Shown: piece by piece, positions 57,601 through 64,000 of the stretch
Numbering within the stretch: position 1 is the first letter of the stretch
Layout: each line of letters begins with the position of its first letter
From: an uncultured virus (IMG/VR IMGVR_UViG_3300025133_000039)
Taxonomy: Duplodnaviria; Heunggongvirae; Uroviricota; Caudoviricetes
Strand: one strand, 5' to 3'
Length of the DNA stretch: 64,000 nt
IMG/VR virus record: IMGVR_UViG_3300025133_000039
Made by a program: the position numbers and the translations under genes
Notes under the pieces: model-generated
Told to the model about the DNA's origin: nothing
Seen by the model: only the letters and a program-made list of their open reading frames with translations
The model's database searches: none

Positions 57601-60248
57601 GGGATGTTGTTCACTGGCGTAATTGGGTCTTCGCCATAGGGGTTCGTTTCAGTAACTTCTACAATTACTCCAGACAGCCCTGGGTTTCCGTCAATCGTGC
57701 GGGTTTCGGAAGAGCTAATACTTGTACGCTTCTTTACCTGCAGCTCTCCATTCTCTAGCTGAATTGCATCAGACTCAGAGAACGTTCCGAACAAACGAGT
57801 AATAAAGTGATCTGTTGACGCCGTCCAGCAGTCCGGAACAGGTCGGAATCTGCGCGAGTTGTACTGAAGCTCAGACCTCATGCCCTCAAGCCACTGTGCG
57901 GAATCAGACAAGCCAGCAAGCTTGTCATCATTCGCCAAGGAGACAAACTCAAACTGGAAGATAGGCTCAATAGACCCTAGGTGCTGGTGAGTTGGGAACT
58001 CGGAGCCAAGAATTGGGATTGAAGCAATAACATGAGATAGCCCACCGCTAACACCTGTAAGAACCATTCCCTCTCTATAGAAGAGAGACATATCTTCCGG
58101 TGCTAGCGGGGAGCGCCAATCAATGTCGTTGTTTGCAGAATAAACTGTCTGCATGTTCAGCCTGCGCCAAACACCTAGGACGTCTGCATCGTTCTCGTAG
58201 TATCTCCAACCACCATTGTAAAGCTCTCCAACGATATCCTGGAGGCTCGTCTTTTCTTCTGGAGTTAATCCAAACTCGTCAATCTCTGCCTTCTTTGCGG
58301 CTTCGCCTTCAGCGTAAGCTTGCTGCTCTGGGGAGAGCGCAGAGCGAGCATCAGCGACACTATGCCCAAAGCGCTCTTCATAAGCGTCGGCCAGCGAAGG
58401 ACCAGAAGTAGTTACCTCTGGTGCAGGCTCTGCGTCTTTCTCAACCTCAACAACGGGCTCAGGCCTGTCTGCGACGGGCCCCGTACCAAAGCCATCCTTA
58501 TAGTATCTGAGAGGATCGACCTTAATTCCACGGACCGAGCCACGGCTCTTAGAGATACTCTCCCTGATGCTGAAGTGAAGGTGAACTGGAGTCGCACCCA
58601 GCGAACCAGTGAAACCTGCAGCAGCCTGTGTCGAGCGAGTAGAAATGTTTCCAGTATCACCCGTAATGCCAATGATCTGACCTTGTGTTACCCGGTCCCC
58701 ACCCTTAACAGTAATTCCGTTAGCATCGAGGTGAGCGTAACCACTAATGATATTGTAAGTGCCCTCATCGTCTTGGTGCTCAATGTATAGACGTACACCT
58801 CCACCCTGTCGGTGGTTATTTGGGTTCTCCCAGATGCTTGCAGTCTGAACAACAAAGCCGTCAGCAACCGCACGTACAGGCGTACCTACAGGGCAACGGA
58901 TATCCAACCCCTTATGAAACCTCTTCTGGTCCTTCGCCTCTTCGTTAGTAAGCCCTTCCCTCTGGGCGGAGCCATGTGCTTCCATGCCTCGGTAAAGGCC
59001 CGGCGCAGCCTGTGCTTCCCCAACGTGGTTCTTCTCATCCTGAAGTAGATATTCGTCAGCAATTGGCCAGATGAATCCACTTGATGGGCGAGGACTGGCC
59101 TCGCCACCTGGACGCTCAGGACCAAGGGCTCGATAGATATCGAGAGCTTCTTTCGCAGCGCGCTCCTGCTGGCGCTGCTGCTTCAACTGAATCTTCTGGG
59201 AAAGCTCAACACTCTTGTAGCTGTGGTAAACGAAACTTAGGTTGCGAGACTTCTCATGCATCTTGCGAACCCAAGTGTTGCCCTCACCGCTTGGATACAT
59301 TCCTAGCTCGTGCAGGCCATACACCTTCCGGCGAGTGCCGACGTGCTCCTCTGATGTGCTTAGTAGCTCGCCAATTCCCCACGGCTCGAATCTCTCTGGG
59401 TACTCACCGCCCTCGGTGATATCAGAGTAAACATCAATGCCAAAGTTGTTGAATAGAGCTTTCTGCTGCAGTGTATTAATGTAGCGAACATAGATATTCG
59501 AATCGCTCGGCCTCGTTACAAAACGAGCCGGAGCCATGTTTGAAGGCAGGGGTAGCAGATCGAATACTGAACCTCGGTGGGTAGCCTCAAGATCGTGTAA
59601 GGTGGGTCCCGAGCTACGACGCTCAGGCTCTGCAGCCATTACGTCATACTCCTGTACCGCCTGCCTATCAGAAGCTACAACCTCAGGAAGCAAAGACTGG
59701 AGAGGTCTTAGACCCACGCCGAAAGTAGGAATAGTGAATCGCGCAACAGTCGGGTTCCCATCAAAGAACTCGCCAGTGTCGCCAGAGAGTTCGACAGGCC
59801 TCGTAACCCAATCATCCCTGAATAGGTAGTTGATAGAGTAGGGGAAGTAGTTGAACCAGCGAAGATCAAGCTGCACTACATACGTATTCGGAGCCTTCGG
59901 CATAGGCTCTACGTGAAGCGAACTCATAGTAAATGCCATCTGCTGGAACTGCGGCCAGTGAGGTACCATTGCATGACGCAAGTACTCGCTATCCACATAG
60001 CAGAACGGAGAGTGTCTGAACTGAACGATGAGCCTGTGTAGGTCTAGAATTAGCTCAGGAGTAAAGGTCATCTTTACAGAAACCTGAGCCATTCCGTGCC
60101 CACTAGGAATCTTCGTGGACGCCTTTGAACGAAGTGTCTTCCACTTCCACTCCAAATCCTCCTTGCGCACAGAGATGTGCTGCGGAGGAATATAGAGGTC
60201 AATGTCGTTGATGACGAAGTTCCCCTGGCGGCCAGTCAGGAGTGGCAT
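51654..60248 (-). CDS. giant (2864 aa) baseplate-hub-like virion protein with an M23 peptidase domain
   Basis: M23 motifs HKGLDI, YAHL and HLHF (about 58500-58930). The C-terminal third has LRPG..VQLRAGYS, QSFGTEL and MYRGEILVLGNPRIRPWD, resembling phage hub proteins. Confidence 0.7.
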   Translation of the reverse strand: MPLLTGRQGNFVINDIDLYIPPQHISVRKEDLEWKWKTLRSKASTKIPSGHGMAQVSVKMTFTPELILDLHRLIVQFRHSPFCYVDSEYLRHAMVPHWPQFQQMAFTMSSLHVEPMPKAPNTYVVQLDLRWFNYFPYSINYLFRDDWVTRPVELSGDTGEFFDGNPTVARFTIPTFGVGLRPLQSLLPEVVASDRQAVQEYDVMAAEPERRSSGPTLHDLEATHRGSVFDLLPLPSNMAPARFVTRPSDSNIYVRYINTLQQKALFNNFGIDVYSDITEGGEYPERFEPWGIGELLSTSEEHVGTRRKVYGLHELGMYPSGEGNTWVRKMHEKSRNLSFVYHSYKSVELSQKIQLKQQRQQERAAKEALDIYRALGPERPGGEASPRPSSGFIWPIADEYLLQDEKNHVGEAQAAPGLYRGMEAHGSAQREGLTNEEAKDQKRFHKGLDIRCPVGTPVRAVADGFVVQTASIWENPNNHRQGGGVRLYIEHQDDEGTYNIISGYAHLDANGITVKGGDRVTQGQIIGITGDTGNISTRSTQAAAGFTGSLGATPVHLHFSIRESISKSRGSVRGIKVDPLRYYKDGFGTGPVADRPEPVVEVEKDAEPAPEVTTSGPSLADAYEERFGHSVADARSALSPEQQAYAEGEAAKKAEIDEFGLTPEEKTSLQDIVGELYNGGWRYYENDADVLGVWRRLNMQTVYSANNDIDWRSPLAPEDMSLFYREGMVLTGVSGGLSHVIASIPILGSEFPTHQHLGSIEPIFQFEFVSLANDDKLAGLSDSAQWLEGMRSELQYNSRRFRPVPDCWTASTDHFITRLFGTFSESDAIQLENGELQVKKRTSISSSETRTIDGNPGLSGVIVEVTETNPYGEDPITPVNNIPDDLNVRRKEILHALDSLALSDEGETAALLALANKLDASTVDTLSQNPKFATLAESSSRRNTEVLQYTSLAENTGSKHGQRTELKHSLGRSDANQNFFIDLINASGGSAAATQRGTTAQVGDNRPAQTLGRNGIDTSLNSIAESFSQNPDLHVYEEEIQIQRSNFDENGYEAGRDGSITRQVVDATRFYEYNPKLRTVNWEELSHYYQALNKLQQVARLVMSETDLEEALDEGVISEQLYDLPDTEPSMWRSFFFFYSQVLFLGRMSGKDTGFVSEVPSLSNFSDSDLTSEFQKILDFWNIPVEVGSLPAVDRGELRTKFPSIVAPGQDALEDLLSGFTFTALRGVGDLISMPFVPEGQEWKHLKAMRENEAVNVEHNVVRRYMRFFDLELGLPEFIFNEIPFLSGLAFAGDNQNGLKLRRSYEEVTESIRASVAWYDIGAGPIEQVTEGGLTSYREARPYEAYIQRRAPDIAARREAESKEIQDREDSMFDGITSPPTSRGDGNVIVGLPVSKSTEENKLRYLHAALSKLADELLSNRSILAVFGLDELLLAGIESDEWTGAGCYPDLELPAHPYYPDQLHQTSPDFYMWSVYEDGPGALQGALALQVADRIEPAMRGAYGHLKEMQTDGGLDPEDIEQLTIMDEGTERSALLHRLTHHPEGCDEVQFMNADGSFSADAGPMQEAFYAGAEEDYQEWLKSGDNAIVQIEKKIDELTQQQQRAAAGGGRASPAGRTAEGRQGQRAISAKKKALKKRVDILKSLQQDIKPLAPLLSLGDGNPLYTNVPRADASKYVELVNKVNDTEIFFGSKQGHLGEHITQDTADAVASGIRGTQLQSHIGAHRMAFDPASLKQLAIDSSKDIVSEKLTMRRAFPTFKLMFVEEDENESRFLNFDDFYSYNGVKEFNVSLDRNHPADTAIIVLQNIAGTLDGTKRNVVTDLDYFDREKTDKIQAEKPSARVRGDSPIQLTSANDQPFGAVVLRPGLNVQLRAGYSDDPNALEVLISGRVVDVVWTQAGDLAEIVVQSFGTELVQILKGRREFESEGAEVDVYQSTHKLLGSLMLEPELKHFGRWEFGQLYQYGESTDSRLDFVDYTRGTWNGQFGFTQRLGRWISHHPVATLAIGTGLSVIAARFGGGALLGRAGRFILGGGGRAGVGAARSAALKAGVTEAGVANSIRTATASGLAAGAKTGSVRSFLLRNGITTRAAFLGLTRANRKIVLRAAQILTTPGASPAAQAVATKAMANLLVGVNRSAAVRAAIGYKALAPLGAGFWQSGGFRMAWQAAGAVGTQFGRVVRSGAVIFAAGATLNVGASMLSPLKNKAIKDVKEWYTRTQVSLMLSPQDDNLFPPSPKDYMDYKRLGFFDVVGRFSLHGIASTVFGKGNAVSEVSKWYQKWANPEKWHLDKRVTPGECEYTPINATIWDMFHEMSLRHPGWVYGARPYGRKFRYTMFFGVPSQRFWSKPASNGFINRINSLREFLDSGEIDERKFITLYGQAAYDRILSDTAGELQPEGDELGMPAQSLSFEDLEKSVQLSLVTRMTNKTLREYLKGLELRFVPFRRYHLLSSDTDIVHNGLMGSEHNVANAVSVQFRDGDPDSKNSPTKSVTMKASSLMPDSMVRMVPVYYPNLKGYHMALRYGQASLMYGLRQMYRGEILVLGNPRIRPWDICFLMDNYHDMIGPVEVERVTHMMSHETGFLTEIKPNAIVFGNEISTWPVIEAMKLYIMAVMDFQDGKTGLGFSEESFSERVLQAIDGLEKPSPRYREHLEEKLNEIVPPDFIQQIMDTLPEDELAKRPSETMVVGGLATAATVGTAFLGYGAFRAVGGLSGKALKWGWSNASGQSLWRGMLGGASRFSSSKGNAAAGALGATAVLDSANWIRDSFDNPGLAWFIAAPILFAQVSKEEAVSVIPLQKNGIPIVAGLSYKDPMMMWKNIQGNVVNAVDDTIGGTRDLISEWKRYGMAGWRRIGNAEHSNMTGS

Positions 60249-63200
60249 TTAATCTCCTAGGATTCGGTCGATGTAAGAGCCGGTAATCGGCCTACGTGAG
60301 TCATTGATTCTAACAGAGGACTGACCTCCGATTCCATTCATGAAGTTCGTCAGCCTTGAGATGGCTTCCGGCCCACCTACACTTCCTCGGACCTGATAAG
60401 CATTAGAACGAGCGAAGTATGTCTCTGGCGTATTGATAGGAGTATCGGGCGAACCCATCATTCCCATATCGGCTGAAGAGCGTCCAGCACCAGTGCTAGA
60501 TGAGAGTAGTGTACCCTGCGCAATCTCAGATTGCACCCTGTGGGACATATTCTCACCAGGCATAGACAAAGGAGTAGGAGCGTATCCCTCGAATCCCGTC
60601 ATTGCGCCAACCGCTAGAGAACCCGCTAAGCCTAGGGCGATGGGCGCAATTAGTCGCTTATCCAATCGAGAAGCAGCACCACTCACCTGGTCAAAAATAG
60701 TCGTAGCCTTAGCAACGCGGCGCTCGATGTCACTCATTTGGCCAAGAGCGATAGCGGCCTGTTCTAGACCACGGTTTTGAATTGCTGCTTCATACGACGA
60801 AACTGCATCAGCATTCTGTAAGAACCGAGCTAGCTGCTTATCTGTTTCGGGAACTCCGCTTGGCTGGCGATTTGCGATGCTCTGTAAGAAGTCCACGATA
60901 GAGTCTAGGTCAAAGCTAATTCCCTTTACCCCAGCGCTCAGATTCGCAATCATCTCAGCACTAGCGCCGCCGGTCATCCCAGACATTCCTTGGATAGTTA
61001 CTGCCCCTGTTGCAAGCTCCTGACCCCTGAATGTCATATTTTTCAGGACAGACTTCATCGCGTCAGAGCCTTCGCCACCCATCATTTGATGAATAGCCCA
61101 ACGCAGCGGCCTTCCCATATCTACAGGTGAGTCAAGCTTCTTAGCCTTCAGCAAGGAGTCTTCTTGAAGAACCTTCAATAGGTCCCAAGAAGCTCCAGCG
61201 ATCTCACGAGTCTCATCCGTTCCGTAGCGAACGATTCCACTACGCAAATTTCCGAAAGCTACGTCAATCGCGCCTACATCCTTAGCCATGATCTCCTGAG
61301 CAATTTTGCCTTCTGTGAACTTGTGCAAGTTCTCAGCGATAGCACCCGGAGCTACTGTCGACAATACCTTTCCAGTTTCTGCAATTCCAGCCTTGGCCTG
61401 CTGCCTAAATACAGAAGTGCGAATAGCAGACACGAAATCTCTTTGCATCGACGACTTCCTGTTCATGCCGCCCAATACCTTGCCAGCAGATTTGTCTGAG
61501 AGGAAGGTGAAGTGATAAGCATCAGAGTCGAAGTCACCAAACATCTTGTTAGCCCAGTCAACATTGAACGTCTGAGTTGAACCCATCCCCTTAATATTGA
61601 CATTAGCTGTCATCTTCGGAATATAGACTTCACCACCACCATGGCCCGCCCAGCTATCAACAGACTGAGACATAGCGTCAAAGAATCTCTTCTTCTGCTT
61701 CCTTCCTAGGCCAGCTACATCATGGAAGCTACTTACCTTTAGGCTTCTTGCAAGTCGACTACCAGTCTTGGTCCCAGTAAAGGCTTGGAATGCTCTGTCC
61801 GCCCCACCGGTAAACTCTCGTGTATCGCGAAACACTTGTGTTGGAGTAACGTGTGAGGGTGCAAGCGTGGGATATCGTCCACCAATGGCAACTAGGCCTT
61901 GGTGTGCGCCGCGCTCCTGGCCTGTGAAGAACATGGAGAAGCGCCTACTCATATCAGCTTTTGCAGCTTCGCGGGACATACCCTCTGCCGTTGCTCCAGA
62001 CATAAAAGTCTTCATAGCATCAGTGAATGCAGCAGTATTCATAAATACTGCCTGACCGCTTGCAGCTCTATAAGACCTAATCGCTCTCGCCTTCGAGGCG
62101 GCGTTGCTACCGCCTCGAATATCATTAAGCATATCAAGACTAGAACCCTCAGGGAAGACAGAGCCAAGCATAGACCCTCTGGTGACGTTTGTCATCGCGC
62201 CGGCAAAGAGGTCCGTCATGTTTCCGCGAAAGGCTCCTAGGCGGTCCTGGGCGACCCTGAATGCCTTTGAGCCAGCACCCTGCGCAGTGGAAATTCGGAG
62301 TAGGTCATCATGAAGGGTTTTTACATTGCGAACGTACTGAGGAAAAATCTCAGTGGATGAACCATCTGCAGCACGAATAGAAGTCCCTTTCATGTTCTCT
62401 AGAATGTCTCCACCTGGTAGGAATACAGAGGAGGATCCACCAAAAGCTTTCTCTGCGGCGGCTTGCACCTGCCTGTTCCCAGTGAAGTCGAGCGCAAGAC
62501 CATCAGGGCTTTGCCTAAGAAGTGCTTCTACGGCTGCTTCTCCACCACCGCCAGCGGTGACAGACTTAGTGAACTTCTCCCAGTTCATCAGCGTTGGTCC
62601 CTCAACGCCTAGCTTGTGTGCGGCTCTCACGTCACCAAGACTAGTGTGACCTATCATCGTTGACATAGTCTTAGATAGCCCGCTCGCGACAGACATGTCA
62701 CGACCAATGTTCTCCTTGCGCGCCAGGAACGAAGTCATTACTTCGTTTACTTCATCTGCGTTCATACCCATAGTGTTTCGTAGGCGCTCTGCAAGGAACT
62801 TGAATGAGCGAGGCTCTATAGAACCTTTCGCCGCACCGTATGTTAGGTACGGTGTCGGCGCCGCTGTAAGGGAGCCCATCCCTATAACGGCCTTAGACTC
62901 AATGCCTTCCATAACGCCTGCTACCGCACCCTCCCCAAATGAACCTCGGATTGAGGCTTCGAGCCCAGAAGCGAATCCCTTTCCTGCGAATCTATTTCCT
63001 ACAGCGTGAGCACCGCCTAAGACGGAGCCAGCCATTTGTGGAGAAATGTCATTCATGTATACCGCTGCAGACAATACTTCGGTAGCAAAACTAGTCGCAC
63101 GCTGGAGCTTGAGGGCTTGTGTCAGAGGGGTCTTGGCTCCTCTAAGAGTCGCGGCATCTAAGCCTGCGCCTTTTGCGAACCAGGCATGTAGATCGTCAGC

Positions 63201-64000
63201 CCCACCGTTGGACCCCCAGGGCCCCAGGCCTAGCAGATCTAATCCACCAACCATCTGGTTAACAAGATTGTCAACAGACTTACGTAACATCGCGCCACTG
63301 GTGAAAAGTGTGCGATTCATATCCATCCCGGCTTCTCCAAATAGGGTCGCCGCAGTCATCCCACTACTACCTACAGGGATGCCTCTGAGCATCTTTCTAA
63401 TGGCGCTTTCGTCTGCTTCAAGAGTTGTTCCCTTGAATAGGTCACCGAAGAGCTTAGTTCTCCCAGTGGAGAACTCAGCCTTTCCATGGATATGAATCTT
63501 GTGCTGCGGGTTCCTTCCGCCAGTCACACTTCCAGAAGCCCTGAGGTGCATACCGGTCATATCGGGATGAGCCTTGATGAAAGCTTCCCTACCTTGAGGA
63601 CCCATTCCGAGCGCACCCTTATGACTTAGAATTTCAGCTCTAGTCAAATAGACACTCTCGCCCTTGCTTGTAGCATGGGTAATCCTGTTGAGTAGCTTAC
63701 GAGAAGAGAGATTGTGTTCTTTTGGGTTTAACACAGTCTTAACATATGGTGAACTGATGTTAGTCCTACCAGGCATTATTGCTTCGCCTTCGCCAATTCC
63801 GAAACGAGTACTAGTCTTCTTCTCAGACATGTCAAAGAAGATAGCCTTGTTCATAGAACCCGAGACCATATCGTTGGCTACAGACATGTTTCCACCGTAG
63901 ACCCTACGATCAGTTCGGCGCCCGACAGTAACGTTGGCTTGATTGTGGTGTGGGAAGATAAAGGTATCCCTTCCAAGCTGCTGGCCACGCCGAGCAGTTG
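60249..64000 (-). CDS. very large virion protein, 5'-truncated by the window edge, with two-barrel RNA-polymerase-like motifs
   Basis: The frame stays open from ATG 63887 to the window end. Contains TKLFGDLFKGT, GGRYPTL and MFGDFDSDAY. Confidence 0.6.
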   Translation of the reverse strand, partial: TARRGQQLGRDTFIFPHHNQANVTVGRRTDRRVYGGNMSVANDMVSGSMNKAIFFDMSEKKTSTRFGIGEGEAIMPGRTNISSPYVKTVLNPKEHNLSSRKLLNRITHATSKGESVYLTRAEILSHKGALGMGPQGREAFIKAHPDMTGMHLRASGSVTGGRNPQHKIHIHGKAEFSTGRTKLFGDLFKGTTLEADESAIRKMLRGIPVGSSGMTAATLFGEAGMDMNRTLFTSGAMLRKSVDNLVNQMVGGLDLLGLGPWGSNGGADDLHAWFAKGAGLDAATLRGAKTPLTQALKLQRATSFATEVLSAAVYMNDISPQMAGSVLGGAHAVGNRFAGKGFASGLEASIRGSFGEGAVAGVMEGIESKAVIGMGSLTAAPTPYLTYGAAKGSIEPRSFKFLAERLRNTMGMNADEVNEVMTSFLARKENIGRDMSVASGLSKTMSTMIGHTSLGDVRAAHKLGVEGPTLMNWEKFTKSVTAGGGGEAAVEALLRQSPDGLALDFTGNRQVQAAAEKAFGGSSSVFLPGGDILENMKGTSIRAADGSSTEIFPQYVRNVKTLHDDLLRISTAQGAGSKAFRVAQDRLGAFRGNMTDLFAGAMTNVTRGSMLGSVFPEGSSLDMLNDIRGGSNAASKARAIRSYRAASGQAVFMNTAAFTDAMKTFMSGATAEGMSREAAKADMSRRFSMFFTGQERGAHQGLVAIGGRYPTLAPSHVTPTQVFRDTREFTGGADRAFQAFTGTKTGSRLARSLKVSSFHDVAGLGRKQKKRFFDAMSQSVDSWAGHGGGEVYIPKMTANVNIKGMGSTQTFNVDWANKMFGDFDSDAYHFTFLSDKSAGKVLGGMNRKSSMQRDFVSAIRTSVFRQQAKAGIAETGKVLSTVAPGAIAENLHKFTEGKIAQEIMAKDVGAIDVAFGNLRSGIVRYGTDETREIAGASWDLLKVLQEDSLLKAKKLDSPVDMGRPLRWAIHQMMGGEGSDAMKSVLKNMTFRGQELATGAVTIQGMSGMTGGASAEMIANLSAGVKGISFDLDSIVDFLQSIANRQPSGVPETDKQLARFLQNADAVSSYEAAIQNRGLEQAAIALGQMSDIERRVAKATTIFDQVSGAASRLDKRLIAPIALGLAGSLAVGAMTGFEGYAPTPLSMPGENMSHRVQSEIAQGTLLSSSTGAGRSSADMGMMGSPDTPINTPETYFARSNAYQVRGSVGGPEAISRLTNFMNGIGGQSSVRINDSRRPITGSYIDRILGD

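Noticed and set aside
1..64000. Alternative genetic code (stop-codon reassignment)
   Set aside because: Standard-code ORFs tile the window densely, including a 2864-aa ORF, and TAA, TAG and TGA all end genes at sensible positions.
27684..64000. Numerous short plus-strand ORFs in the structural arm, and minus-strand ORFs inside replication genes
   Set aside because: They are antisense shadows of long coding genes, with no SD sites or motifs.
1..64000. tRNA or rRNA genes, integrase, terminase, capsid
   Set aside because: None recognised. Intergenic spaces are mostly too short for RNA genes, and the head/packaging genes presumably lie outside the window.

Overview
This window is an internal 64 kb segment of a large tailed bacteriophage genome, probably with a contractile tail, read in the standard genetic code. 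The left arm (1-27681, mostly + strand) is a replication, recombination and nucleotide-metabolism module. It carries dUTPase, RecA, ThyX, a DnaE-type DNA polymerase III alpha, a primase-helicase, several PD-(D/E)XK nucleases and resolvases, IMPDH/GMP reductase, a ClpP-like protease and many small unknown ORFs. The right arm (27684-64000, - strand) is a tightly coupled virion module. It carries baseplate J, a gp25-like wedge, a 2864-aa hub-like protein with an M23 peptidase, fibre-like proteins and many large unknown proteins, and it ends in three sugar-modifying genes. Three observations stand out. (1) DnaE is broken into three genes. The second break is a naturally split intein that closely resembles the cyanobacterial DnaE split intein at the same insertion site, while the first break has no intein and falls just before the catalytic PDIDIDF motif. 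(2) The truncated giant ORF at the right edge carries motifs resembling both catalytic double-psi barrels of a two-barrel RNA polymerase (K-x6-KG, RYPTL, GDFDSD), suggesting a virion-packaged RNAP. (3) A dispersed ADP-heptose-like pathway (kinase, nucleotidyltransferase, HAD phosphatase, cupin, GT9 transferase) is present. All calls come from motif recognition by eye; no database searches were run.
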